Positions 46,892 through 56,694 are shown, numbered from the stretch's first letter. The stretch is DNA of 64,000 nucleotides from an uncultured Bdellovibrionales bacterium (GCA_964624415.1 CAZUWR010000001.1:74114-138113), one strand, 5' to 3'. A program made the numbers and translations. Notes: generated by a model not told the origin, from the sequence alone.

Positions 46892-48754
46892 TTATTGATG
46901 TTTTGGTATATTAATTTTTTTCACGCGTGCAGGCTTATTGGCCTGATGCTCGATATGCGTGGTCACATCCCCGAGGAATTCATCAATATTCTCCGTCGCG
47001 ACGCACACCACACTATCGGCTCCGCCGTAGTATACGAACAAGGTATCCTCTTTGATGACCGCTCCGCACACATACACCACGCCGGATTTGGCACCGTGAT
47101 TCTCGTAGTGAGCGTTCGGCTCCAAGATAGGATAATTGCAGCGGTGCAAAATCTTGGTCGGATCGTTTTGATCCAAAATCATCGCACCCACTTTGTACTT
47201 ATTCGGATCACGCTTATCCATCGCATGATACAGCACCAGCCAACCGTATTTAGTCTTGATCGGCGGCGCACCTGCTCCGCGCATAATATTGTCCCAGCGA
47301 TGATCATCTTTGCCTGGCATCTTCATACTTTCGATGACTATCTTTTCATCATCCAAAGTGTCGAGGTATTCGATGGAAATCTTCGGCGTGATACTGTGCA
47401 AAACAGCGTACTTGCCATTCACCTTCTCCGGGAAAATCATCCAGTTCTTTTGGATTTCCCCGGGTTTGGAAATGAGCACCGGCTTTTTCCAATTCCATTC
47501 TTTATTCAAAAAATCCTCCACGCTAATCGAGGTCAATGCCACGCCCGGTGCATTGTATCCGTCGAAAAGCACATAGGTCATATAGATACGATCACCGATA
47601 TGCGTGATACGCGGATCCTCGCACCCTGCCCAGCTGCCGCCCGATACATACGGCGAGTTCTTAGCGCCTTCGCGATTGCTCTTGGTTGGATTCCACAACG
47701 TAAACACCGGCTGATCCAATCGCTCATCGATAGTCACACCGTCACGCGACGAGGCATAGCCAAGCACTGACACACCGTTTTCCCCGATGGCGCGATAGAG
47801 CAAGTGAATCTTGCCATCCAGATGCAGTGCGGCCGGATTGAAGGTGGCCTCTTTCTCCCACTGGCTCTCTATCTTCGGTTCGATGATCGGATTGCTGTGA
47901 TGCCGCTTGAGCTGCTTGATGATTTTGGCGCGTACCAATCCCGATGAAACGAGATGTATAGTCTTGAGGAATATCTCGTTGTCAGCATTCGCCCAATAGA
48001 TATGCAAAGAATGCTCAACGATAACCGCTCCCAAGAATCGATCCGGGATATGCGTTTCATCCACCACCTCTTCCCAAATAGGATCGTCCGATCGCCACAG
48101 AGGCGCGAGATACGGCTTGTCCATAGAAAACAACGCGGCTCCAACAACGATGTCCGCCCCGCCTTTTTTGCCGCGTCCCGAAGTATACAACACCAAAATT
48201 CCCTGCTCAATGATAAGCGTTCCGATGACGTGCAGTGCGCCTGCATCGAAATGCCCCTTGCGTGGCGACAGCACTTCACCGGAAGCATGCCAAGAAGTAA
48301 GATCGCTCGAAGCAGCCACAAATACATCGGTATCGCCATAGTAGGAAAGAAATCTTTTTTTGTGTTTGTAACTGGAAACAATAAGCGAGGCCTTATGCGA
48401 TAGATCGATATCGTTTTCCACGACGGTGAAATGGATCATATCCTCCGAATGCGCCATTATCGTACACTTTTTTCCACGCACCGTGCGCACGTACATCACA
48501 TAGTAGTCTTTGTTATGCGTAAAAAAAGACAGAGCATCGCATCCTGCGAGTGACTCCGCCTTGCCGTCTTTCCCTAAAATCTCAAGCTCATACCCCTGGG
48601 CGAATGCTACTCCATCCGTGCTCTGCGAGACAAACAAGCGCATCTTTCTGGCAATTTTGACGCCATACACCACCAAGACGCGCTTATTGTGCGTCGTCAC
48701 CGAAAGTGGGTATACGATCGCGTCTTCGTGTGTCAATGTCGTCTTGCTTGCCAT
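46892..48754 (-). CDS. Tandem GH130-domain protein, paralog of 44998..46890
   Basis: GCEDPRITHIGDRIYMTYVLFDG and a second GH130-like module. 620 aa. Its stop is 2 bp from the start of the next gene. Confidence 0.7.
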   Translation of the reverse strand: MASKTTLTHEDAIVYPLSVTTHNKRVLVVYGVKIARKMRLFVSQSTDGVAFAQGYELEILGKDGKAESLAGCDALSFFTHNKDYYVMYVRTVRGKKCTIMAHSEDMIHFTVVENDIDLSHKASLIVSSYKHKKRFLSYYGDTDVFVAASSDLTSWHASGEVLSPRKGHFDAGALHVIGTLIIEQGILVLYTSGRGKKGGADIVVGAALFSMDKPYLAPLWRSDDPIWEEVVDETHIPDRFLGAVIVEHSLHIYWANADNEIFLKTIHLVSSGLVRAKIIKQLKRHHSNPIIEPKIESQWEKEATFNPAALHLDGKIHLLYRAIGENGVSVLGYASSRDGVTIDERLDQPVFTLWNPTKSNREGAKNSPYVSGGSWAGCEDPRITHIGDRIYMTYVLFDGYNAPGVALTSISVEDFLNKEWNWKKPVLISKPGEIQKNWMIFPEKVNGKYAVLHSITPKISIEYLDTLDDEKIVIESMKMPGKDDHRWDNIMRGAGAPPIKTKYGWLVLYHAMDKRDPNKYKVGAMILDQNDPTKILHRCNYPILEPNAHYENHGAKSGVVYVCGAVIKEDTLFVYYGGADSVVCVATENIDEFLGDVTTHIEHQANKPARVKKINIPKHQ

Positions 48755-48774
48755 ACCTTTTTTGTTTTACCTGT

Positions 48775-49119
48775 TTAAGAAGTACGCCCGTAAGCGTCTT
48801 CGATCCTGACGATGTCGTTCTCATCAAAATCCCCGAAAGCGATCTCCAGTATCTCCACATCATCCGTTGGTGCGCCGATCCGATGCACTGCTTTGGCATC
48901 GATGTAGAATTCATCGCCTTGCTTTGCTATCCGTGTCTCTTCACCGATAGTGATACTCGGATTGCCGGAGAGCACGCGCCAGAACTCATTGCGTTTGTGA
49001 TGATACTGCAGGCTCAGTTTCTGTCCCGCCGTAACGCTCAGTATCTTGACTGTTGTCACCTCATTGCTCGTAAATTGCCGAAAAGACCCCCAGGGCCGTG
49101 TGTCGTTTTGTATGTTCAT
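48775..49119 (-). CDS. Cupin-fold mannose-6-phosphate isomerase-like protein (type II PMI C-terminal domain, stand-alone)
   Basis: RPWGSF...AGQKLSLQYHHKRNEFWRVLSGNPSITIGEETRI...DDVEILEIAFGDFDENDIVRIEDAYGR closely follows the PMI cupin signature. Confidence 0.65.
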   Translation of the reverse strand: MNIQNDTRPWGSFRQFTSNEVTTVKILSVTAGQKLSLQYHHKRNEFWRVLSGNPSITIGEETRIAKQGDEFYIDAKAVHRIGAPTDDVEILEIAFGDFDENDIVRIEDAYGRTS

Positions 49120-49279
49120 TTCTGTGCATCAATACGGAAAAAAGTATCCCCCTCTTTCTCTATTAAACCTCTTTGTCTGGCACTCGTCAAGCTCGGCTGA
49201 CGAATCCTTTCCGCAGGCATTGTATTGAAGGCGCTAGCGATCGCAAAGACACTCTATGTGAGCGAAACGACGACACAAA

Positions 49280-49525
49280 CTAGCTTATTCCATATGCGGA
49301 AGAGAGTGTCCCAAAAACCATCGGTAGGATGATCGCGATCGCTATGAGCGGCAAAACTACGGTCAGTACCGTGATGATAAGCGTCCATTTGAAATATGAG
49401 CGCAGCTTCTCCACGGACACATAAATAGCATCAAGCTTCTTCTCCTGTTCTTCTATTTTCCGCAGCAATTCTTCTTGCATAGGTTTTATATTGAAAAAAT
49501 TATCCCTTCGTATTCGTCGTCCCAA
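49280..49525 (-). CDS. Small membrane protein (hypothetical)
   Basis: 81 aa, coiled-coil plus C-terminal TM helix. Weak support. Confidence 0.3.
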   Translation of the reverse strand: MGRRIRRDNFFNIKPMQEELLRKIEEQEKKLDAIYVSVEKLRSYFKWTLIITVLTVVLPLIAIAIILPMVFGTLSSAYGIS

Positions 49526-49566
49526 TATGATACCAGTATATCACGCCACACCGCTCCCGACCGGAT

Positions 49567-50466
49567 TCAGCTGAGAATATATTTCAACAATGCCATCCTG
49601 ATGAGCAATCCATAGCGGGTTTGCTTGAAATACAGTGCCTTGGGCGAGGCATCGACTTCGGGCAAGATTTCGTCTATACGTGGCAACGGGTGCATAATGA
49701 TAGACTTCACTTTCATCGCCCTCACTGTCTTTCTGTTAATCTGATAACAGCCCTTGTATCGCCGGTATTCCTTATCGCTCTTGAAACGCTCCTGCTGAAT
49801 CCGTGTCTGATAGAGTACATCCACCAAAGAGACCACGCTATTCAAATCCTCCGTCTCCATAAAATCGACGCTGTGCTGCTGCAGATACGTCTTGATATCC
49901 TCCCCTACCCGCAAGGCTTTCGGTGAGACGAAGTATATCTTCACATCCTTGTACTTCCCCAAAAGATACGCGAGCGATCGGATGGTGCGGCCGTGCTTCA
50001 GATCGCCGACAAAAGCGATGTGTATCCCGTTTATTTTCTTCAATTCTTTGTGTATCGTGTACAGATCCAGCAGCGCCTGCGTCGGATGCTGTCCGGATCC
50101 GTCACCCGCATTGATGACCGGTATATCGGATACGAGTGAGGCTCTTTTGGAGGAACCTTCCTCATCATGACGAAGGACGATCACATCGACATAGCCATTG
50201 ACCACCCGGATCGAATCTTCCAGGGTCTCCCCTTTCGAAACGGAAGAGAATTCTTTGGCATTTTCCGTCGTAATAACACTCCCTCCAAGGCGGATCATCG
50301 CCGATTCAAAAGAAAACCGAGTACGAGTACTCGGTTCATAGAAAAGCGTCGCCATGATTTTTCCTTTCAGACACATATCCTTTTTCTTCCCCAAATTATC
50401 CGCCAAAGCGAAAATCTGCCTGATCACCTTTTGGTCGAACTGCTGCGACTCAATGACGTGTTTCAT
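49567..50466 (-). CDS. pyrB: Aspartate carbamoyltransferase catalytic subunit
   Basis: STRTR, HPTQALLD and HPLP motifs. The start is at MKHVIESQQF. Confidence 0.85.
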   Translation of the reverse strand: MKHVIESQQFDQKVIRQIFALADNLGKKKDMCLKGKIMATLFYEPSTRTRFSFESAMIRLGGSVITTENAKEFSSVSKGETLEDSIRVVNGYVDVIVLRHDEEGSSKRASLVSDIPVINAGDGSGQHPTQALLDLYTIHKELKKINGIHIAFVGDLKHGRTIRSLAYLLGKYKDVKIYFVSPKALRVGEDIKTYLQQHSVDFMETEDLNSVVSLVDVLYQTRIQQERFKSDKEYRRYKGCYQINRKTVRAMKVKSIIMHPLPRIDEILPEVDASPKALYFKQTRYGLLIRMALLKYILS

Positions 50467-50582
50467 AAGCGCATAGAGAATATGGATTAGCGAAAGTCTA
50501 CTGTGTACAGAATAAAAGAAAAACCCCACCCTCGCAAGGGATGGATTTTTGCATTGTTTCTCTTAATGCGATTTTAAATATT

Positions 50583-50626
50583 TGAAAAGCGGCAAGGTAA
50601 ATACTACTACCTTGCCGCTTATGTCA
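50583..50626. terminator. Perfect 13 bp stem hairpin AAGCGGCAAGGTA-8 nt-TACCTTGCCGCTT downstream of the gene 50627..51274
   Basis: Seen directly. On the minus strand it is followed by TTTCAAATATTT. Confidence 0.5.
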
Positions 50627-51274
50627 TTAAAAAACGCCGAATGGTTTTTTTGTCATTACCTTAACACTCAAATAGAGAAGATCACACCCTTTGAACCTAT
50701 TCAAATATTTCGGTTCGCTGAGTAAAGCGTTCAATTCATTGGTTATTCCAAGTGAAGCTAAGTATCCTGTCCTTTTGAGTAAGTTATCGAACCTTATAAC
50801 AGTGCCTTCAGAAAAATCGGACATACCATCAGGAAAGTCGCGCTTAAAATGAGGCGACCAGTGATCATAACGCTTATCACACACAATGATGTGCTCATTT
50901 TTAAAATACAGCATATTTTCATTGCGTAGTTCTGCAAGATGCTTTTGAATTTTTTCCATCAAATCCTTTTTTTGAATAACAACACTAATAATTGGATTAA
51001 GGGAAAGCATCTTCTCTTTTTTATCTCTACGAATGGTAGAAAAAGCGGTTATAAAAGAGATGAATTGACTTGGACTGTCAGGCATGACATGGAAACCCAA
51101 TATCTGCAACAATTTTTCATCCATAGCCAGATCATTGAATCTGATTCTAAAAAAAGTATCCGTTGATCCATCCATGCTAGTATCATCTTCAAGAAACATA
51201 ATACTAGCATTATCTCTCATGAAAAATATTTCTTTCACCACTTCATTGGTATCTATTTCTGCTAATTTATTCAC
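50627..51274 (-). CDS. Hypothetical protein (low-GC island)
   Basis: 215 aa, no recognised domain. Confidence 0.45.
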   Translation of the reverse strand: MNKLAEIDTNEVVKEIFFMRDNASIMFLEDDTSMDGSTDTFFRIRFNDLAMDEKLLQILGFHVMPDSPSQFISFITAFSTIRRDKKEKMLSLNPIISVVIQKKDLMEKIQKHLAELRNENMLYFKNEHIIVCDKRYDHWSPHFKRDFPDGMSDFSEGTVIRFDNLLKRTGYLASLGITNELNALLSEPKYLNRFKGCDLLYLSVKVMTKKPFGVF

Positions 51275-51545
51275 AACTGCCTCCTCTGAGCATTCATTTA
51301 TAAATAGCTAACTACGTTAGCTAAAAATATATAAAACACACTTTGTTAAGTAACTACCCCAGAAACCCATTTAGGGCATGACTAATTAAAGCATACTTTA
51401 AATAAAAAGTCAAGTATTTAATACTGCTTTAAACCCCATAGAAAAATAAGACTGGAAAAGCTTTGATAAAAGTTTTATTGCAGAACAGTTTAAACGCTGT
51501 GCTATAATCAGTTCATATATAAGAAGGTCGAACAAATTCATATCT

Positions 51546-52007
51546 ATGAACTACAAACACACGCAAATTGGTTACCTGATGCTGGTCGTCACGCTGGCTG
51601 TACTGGCGCTTTTCGTATGGGTGTATACCACAGCCTCCGCTGAGCCCCCTTCAGCAGATTCAGGACCGAATTTTGCCATCACTACTGTCATGGTATTGAT
51701 TCTGTTTACCCTTGCTTCCTTTTGGTCGCTTCAAATCAGTATCGATGAGAAATATATACACATCAAATTCGGCTATGGCATATATCAGAAAAAGCTTTCA
51801 CTCGATGATATACTCTCCGCCAAAACTGTCCGGAATCACTGGTATTACGGATGGGGAGTAAGAGTATGGCTCTGGCCAAAAATGTGGATCTACAATGTTT
51901 CCGGTTTTGATGCCGTCGAAGTGAAACTAAAAAATGGCAAGGTATACCGAATAGGCACAGACGAACCCAAGAAATTAGAACAGGCAATTCTGCGTTTGAT
52001 TAAATAA
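51546..52007 (+). CDS. Membrane protein with two N-terminal TM helices and a PH-like (DUF304/bPH_2-type) domain
   Basis: 153 aa. Two hydrophobic helices followed by a small beta-rich domain (IHIKFGYGIYQKKLSLDDI...VEVKLKNGKVYRIGTDEPKKL). Confidence 0.45.
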   Translation: MNYKHTQIGYLMLVVTLAVLALFVWVYTTASAEPPSADSGPNFAITTVMVLILFTLASFWSLQISIDEKYIHIKFGYGIYQKKLSLDDILSAKTVRNHWYYGWGVRVWLWPKMWIYNVSGFDAVEVKLKNGKVYRIGTDEPKKLEQAILRLIK

Positions 52008-52107
52008 CTCAGAGGCATTGTACGCGCGGGTGGAGGCGGTGATGAATCGTGGATAAGGAGTGAAAACAAATCGTTGTTTGTGCTTGTGTTTGTATTATTC
52101 AGAAAAA

Positions 52108-52152
52108 ATTTATAGAAAAAAACCGCCTTGCCATTATCGGGGGCGGTTTTTT
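52108..52152. terminator. Bidirectional rho-independent terminator (A-run, GC stem, T-run) between convergent genes
   Basis: aaaaaaACCGCC-ttgccattatcgg-GGGCGGTtttttgtttttt. Confidence 0.7.
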
Positions 52153-52170
52153 GTTTTTTGCGGTGAGATT

Positions 52171-52751
52171 TCACTTGGATATTATCCATGTGGTCTGAAT
52201 GATATAATTTCTATCACCCCATATATCACGTAGCAGTTTTGACTCCTCATCATTCAAGGATGCTCTTTCAACAAAAACATCTGAGACATCGTCTATCCTT
52301 CTAGACTGTATGCATTCAAAGTTGATCTGGTTATCTTTCATCCACGTTTCAACTTCTTTGCGTGATGAATAGAAATGTCCAGAGCGTTGAATTTTTGGAA
52401 TTGAACCGTCAAATGCCAGGTCTATATTTTGACGCCATCCATCCGGATCAGCATCATCTGCTCCCGCATTTTGTAAAACTACAAATTGTTTTGTCACTCT
52501 TGTAATTTCTTTTAAAATAGCGGCTTGTCTTTCCGGATCATTCCATATAAGCACATAGCGCATCATGCCTACATCAACAGTATCATCTTGCAATGGTATG
52601 CATTCTGACAAATCCGCTTCAATCGCCGTGCTGCAGATTTTCCGCACCTTCCGGAGCAGTTACCGCAGCGACCAGCGACTTCACTTACAGGGAGTGTGGT
52701 CTGAATAGCTTGAAAAGCTTCTTGACCTGGCACAACAAATGGCGTTTTCAT
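52171..52751 (-). pseudogene. Class I SAM-dependent methyltransferase, probably frameshifted (two overlapping ORFs in different frames)
   Basis: ORF 52171..52647 encodes a methyltransferase C-terminal half (IPLQDDTVDVGMMRYVLIWNDPE...ITRVTKQFVV). ORF 52569..52751 encodes an N-terminal piece in another frame, overlapping by about 79 nt. No intact motif I (GxGxG) is found in the downstream frame. Confidence 0.4.
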
Positions 52752-53449
52752 GAGATTTTCTCCAATGAGCCAAGTTTACCTAAATACTCGTCGACACCTG
52801 ACGAGGCCTGCCAGAGCTTGCGATATTTCGACAAACTTCTAGTGTGCATAGCATAGCCAAATTCTTCCTTTCCTGTCAAGTCCCTAAACGCCGGGAGGTT
52901 CAAGATGATGCGATTGAAAATTTCCGCCGCATCCCAGTCTTCACGCAATACATCCTGTTTTGTTTTCTTGAGATACGTATAATAATAAAAATGGAGAACC
53001 TCATGAGCTACATGACGACGCACTTCATCGGGCTCACTCTCCGTTTTATACCAAATCTGAAAACCTCGCATATTATCTTCGATAACGCCACACTTGAAAA
53101 TGGACAAGTGCGCCGTGATAGTCTTAGTGCGATAAAAAGAAAGTGGACCAAATATTTTCTCTATCTCATGAAAATATTGTTTGGCTATTTCATTCCATAT
53201 CGCTTGCATAGTAACGAGAGAAGCCTCAATTTCCGCCTTATGCTCACGATAATACTGATTGACATAAGGATTAACTTGCTTCCATAAATCTTCCTCGCTT
53301 AATTTTCGCCACGTTGAAAAGATAGGGTGCTCACTAATGATTCTGTCTTTACCAAAATCATATTTCCCAATCTTATTATTCAGAAAATATACCCCAATTT
53401 CTTTATCGAATTTTTTGCTTATTTTAAATTGGACGGTCGGATACGACAT
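52748..53449 (-). CDS. Putative zinc metallopeptidase-like protein (HExxH)
   Basis: 233 aa with a VAHEVLHFYY (HExxH) motif. No further domain assignment. Confidence 0.45.
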   Translation of the reverse strand: MSYPTVQFKISKKFDKEIGVYFLNNKIGKYDFGKDRIISEHPIFSTWRKLSEEDLWKQVNPYVNQYYREHKAEIEASLVTMQAIWNEIAKQYFHEIEKIFGPLSFYRTKTITAHLSIFKCGVIEDNMRGFQIWYKTESEPDEVRRHVAHEVLHFYYYTYLKKTKQDVLREDWDAAEIFNRIILNLPAFRDLTGKEEFGYAMHTRSLSKYRKLWQASSGVDEYLGKLGSLEKIS

Positions 53450-53582
53450 ATGAGAAGCTTATACTTAAAAACTTTTATTCATTAATGATAAGATTAAACT
53501 ATTCTACTGTCAATAAAAAGGCTTAGAAAAAGCCTCAAAAATACACAGGGTTCGAATCCTACTTAGAGATAACAAAAAACAA

Positions 53583-53608
53583 GGCCTGAATAAGCCTTAT
53601 TTTTTTCA
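53583..53608 (+). terminator. Rho-independent terminator-like hairpin on the + strand with no annotated + gene upstream
   Basis: AAGGC-ctgaataa-GCCTT followed by ATTTTTTT. About 40 nt downstream of a tRNA-like T-arm 12-mer (GGGTTCGAATCC, about 53548-53559). Confidence 0.4.
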
Positions 53609-53744
53609 ATGTTGGGGCTACGGGACGATTTTAGAACTCTTGATTGGCAAAGTTTGTCTGTTCAATTACAGCCGATGCCAACGTTTGAAATGGTTTGAGA
53701 TCACTACTTTTTTATTATACATCCCCCACTCAGAACAAGCCATA

Positions 53745-53785
53745 AAAAAACCGCTTCAATTATCACTAATCGAAGCGGGGTTCAT
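53745..53785 (-). terminator. Rho-independent terminator for the M23/CARDB gene
   Basis: On the minus strand: CCGCTTC-13 nt-GAAGCGG followed by TTTTTTTATGG. Coordinates approximate. Confidence 0.55.
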
Positions 53786-53822
53786 TTTCGAAACAATCAT
53801 TCGATCATCTCTTTCATTCCTG

Positions 53823-55886
53823 TCATTTCACCTTGAAACTTATCGTGGCACAGTTATTGCCTTCATTGGATTCGGCTACCTGACCTTGATAGTCTACACA
53901 ACAGGTATAGGTGCGATTGCCCTTGTCCCCGAGCTTAATATTGTCATTCTGTACATTCTCGGTCTTAGATTGACCGGGACCTATTTCAGACGCTTCGACC
54001 GTATCATTATCGCGGAAGACTCCGCTATTGATATAGTAGGCGATGAGTATGGATCTCGGAGGAGCTCCATTACCAATGTTTTGCACGGTGCAGTAGGGAT
54101 GGACGCGGGTATTTTTCTTGATACTCGTACCTTCTCTGAGCCACATCGCTGAGACAACAAAATCCGGATAAGCCTGTCTGACTTCAAAAGGAATTTCCGT
54201 GCAATTGTTAGTTTCATTCGTCTCATTGGCAAGATTGAGATAATCGGCACATCCCCTGAGGGTATACCAGCCCGGAACGGATGGTGCTTGGATAAGGGAG
54301 ATCATTTCTTCGTATTGATCCCTGTTGTGTGAAAAATTGGATGCTTCCGAACCGTCATCGGCAATCTGTGTCCACTGATCATTGGTACCGGGACCTTTGA
54401 TAGCGTACTGACTGCGAATGGTGGTTGCGGGTAAAACAGCCCCCGTATTGCGTATGGTCATAAATGCACCATACATTTCATTCGTGTACAGAAAAGACTT
54501 GCTTTTAATACCGATGCTCGAAACGACTAGATCCGTATCGGGCATATTGACCACACCCTCTACAACCTCAAAGACAGCTTCCGTCGAACAATTGTTACTC
54601 TCATGTTCTTCGGCATAGTCTCCTCCATTGTTATGGTCATCTTGAGGATGATCCATACAGTACACGATATTGTAGATACCGGGTTCTGTTATCCATTCCC
54701 ACAGATTGGTATTCTTAGTTTCCGTGTGAGTGGCGCCAGGATCAAGATTGCTACAGTGGGTATTGGTGCTGTCGAGTCGTCTCCAAGCACCATTTCCGCT
54801 GTGTGAGTCTTCTTTGTAGCCTTTTGACAGATAGAAATGTCCCGTAATATCTCCATTGCACATGCCTTCGCCGATGTTTTTGGCTTGAGCTGATGTATCG
54901 ATGGATTCATTGAGACCGTACTTGTAGGTTTCGACTCCCCAGGGAGTCTTAAGCCACGTTTTGACGGTAATGAAGTCGGGTAAGGTTTCCGGAATCGGTA
55001 TTTCAGCATCATCGATGTATGCATAACCGAAACCCTTGATGCCATATTCTCCGCTCACACCGTCAGCATGATCAATTGGAAGACTTGCATCTACCGAGAG
55101 ATCCTTCACAGCTACTTTTCCGATAAAATCATCGGGATTGAAATAGCCGCACTCTTTCGGGTCTTTTTGTGGAGAATAGCCGTAAGAAACTTCTCTGTAA
55201 GAGAATAAATGCCAAATTTTTCTGGTATTCATGCACTCATCTTTTGCTGCTGCTTCATACAATACCGGGGCTTGCTTCAGTTCAAGATGGAGATGTTCGG
55301 GCCATAATTTTTCTTTTCCCGTGTTTGAATCGATCACGCCACTCGTGCCGCCAATTACACCCAGTTTCTGACCCTGATAAACCCACATACCAATAGATAA
55401 GCCGGTGTCTATGCTTTTCATGTGAGCATAAAAGCTATACACTGTGCCCCCTGCCGAACATTCGCTCTTATTGACACAATAATGTTTTAGAATAACAAGG
55501 TTTCCAAAACCATGACTTTCAGCAGAACTATGAATAATACGAACTACTTTTCCTACAGCTACTGCCCTAACCTCGTCTGAGCCATTCTGACTTTGATAAT
55601 CCAAGCCCGTATGATAAGGCTGTGCATCCCAACCGTCGCAATAATCCCCAAATCGACATTTCTTCGTTTTACCTATAGCAACATCTCCCTTACAAGCAGC
55701 ACCACATAATGGCTTATAGCCCTCCTCATTTCTGTACACCTCGTCCGTATACTTCCAATCGGTTGGTTTTTGCATAATATCCGTTACGGCATATGCATAA
55801 CTTCCGACCACCAAATACAACATTGCGAATAACATGCTCGCAAAAACTTTCTTTGCTTTGTTCATTTTCTCACTCCAGGTTGTCAA
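53823..55886 (-). CDS. Secreted M23 (LytM) peptidase with two C-terminal CARDB domains
   Basis: Signal anchor. M23 motifs (HTGLDYQS ... HLHLELK). Two CARDB-like repeats, each ending in the E-x-NE-x-NN signature (ANETNETNNCTE and AESNEGNNCA). Confidence 0.8.
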   Translation of the reverse strand: MTTWSEKMNKAKKVFASMLFAMLYLVVGSYAYAVTDIMQKPTDWKYTDEVYRNEEGYKPLCGAACKGDVAIGKTKKCRFGDYCDGWDAQPYHTGLDYQSQNGSDEVRAVAVGKVVRIIHSSAESHGFGNLVILKHYCVNKSECSAGGTVYSFYAHMKSIDTGLSIGMWVYQGQKLGVIGGTSGVIDSNTGKEKLWPEHLHLELKQAPVLYEAAAKDECMNTRKIWHLFSYREVSYGYSPQKDPKECGYFNPDDFIGKVAVKDLSVDASLPIDHADGVSGEYGIKGFGYAYIDDAEIPIPETLPDFITVKTWLKTPWGVETYKYGLNESIDTSAQAKNIGEGMCNGDITGHFYLSKGYKEDSHSGNGAWRRLDSTNTHCSNLDPGATHTETKNTNLWEWITEPGIYNIVYCMDHPQDDHNNGGDYAEEHESNNCSTEAVFEVVEGVVNMPDTDLVVSSIGIKSKSFLYTNEMYGAFMTIRNTGAVLPATTIRSQYAIKGPGTNDQWTQIADDGSEASNFSHNRDQYEEMISLIQAPSVPGWYTLRGCADYLNLANETNETNNCTEIPFEVRQAYPDFVVSAMWLREGTSIKKNTRVHPYCTVQNIGNGAPPRSILIAYYINSGVFRDNDTVEASEIGPGQSKTENVQNDNIKLGDKGNRTYTCCVDYQGQVAESNEGNNCATISFKVK

Positions 55887-55972
55887 CGTGCTTCAGATTC
55901 ACTTGCGTAAATCCACCTTTGATATCTCCATAGTTTCATGAAGGTATCTTTTGGCGGATATACCGCCATGTA

Positions 55973-56515
55973 TTATCGGAAAAAATGGAAGGTTTGAAAA
56001 ATATCATGACCTGCCATTGCTTTTTGAAGTAGCCCCGAGTCCACGAAGAAATATGGGATTATAAAAGGAAACACGGTATCAGAAGAATTATCACTAAAAA
56101 TAAAGCGGTCTCCATTGTGCTGAAGAAGAGTGCGTTTAATCATATGATCCTCTTCCATAAATGGATTCCCTTGTGCTACTTTTATATATAAAATACTCGC
56201 CGCATGCCAATCAAGAATCGTCCAGAGCTTAAAAATGACATCTTCTTCATATGGAAGATTGGTTTTTTCTGGAACTATACTGATAGTAAAAATATCATCC
56301 GGAGAGACTGTTACGGATATATGATTATCATAATTCTCCGTTTTCACTCCATATCCTTCCGGATATTTAAACTCAAAACCATACTCATCATTACGATAAG
56401 TTTTCCAATCCTTCGTCCGCTCATAATGGGAATATGTCTGCCATACTAAAAACACCCCGATAAGAGCAATAATTGCTGTAATGGCTACAATAAGCCTCTT
56501 TGAGATGTTTTGCAT
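55973..56515 (-). CDS. Membrane-anchored hypothetical protein of the Y-G-F-E-F-K-Y-P family
   Basis: N-terminal TM helix followed by WKTYRNDEYGFEFKYPEGYGV. This is the same motif as the pseudogene fragment at 3557-3670. Confidence 0.5.
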   Translation of the reverse strand: MQNISKRLIVAITAIIALIGVFLVWQTYSHYERTKDWKTYRNDEYGFEFKYPEGYGVKTENYDNHISVTVSPDDIFTISIVPEKTNLPYEEDVIFKLWTILDWHAASILYIKVAQGNPFMEEDHMIKRTLLQHNGDRFIFSDNSSDTVFPFIIPYFFVDSGLLQKAMAGHDIFQTFHFFR

Positions 56516-56694
56516 ATAATATGAGTAAGTTTCTTAAAGCTATACTTGAGAATAGCAAATATAAGCATGCATGTCAAAACATTTTGAATGCTGAAAAATG
56601 CCGGGATCTCATGTGGTAACAAAAGATGTAAGGCTTAATATAAGTTATCTTTCTCTTTATTCAAAAGCAATTGTGTACTTTAATTAGCAAAGAC

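Noticed and set aside
53548-53559. tRNA gene suggested by GGGTTCGAATCC.
   Set aside because: Flanking sequence does not form a matching T-stem, acceptor stem or anticodon arm. It is only a T-arm-like 12-mer, kept as a possible integration-site remnant and not called as a tRNA.
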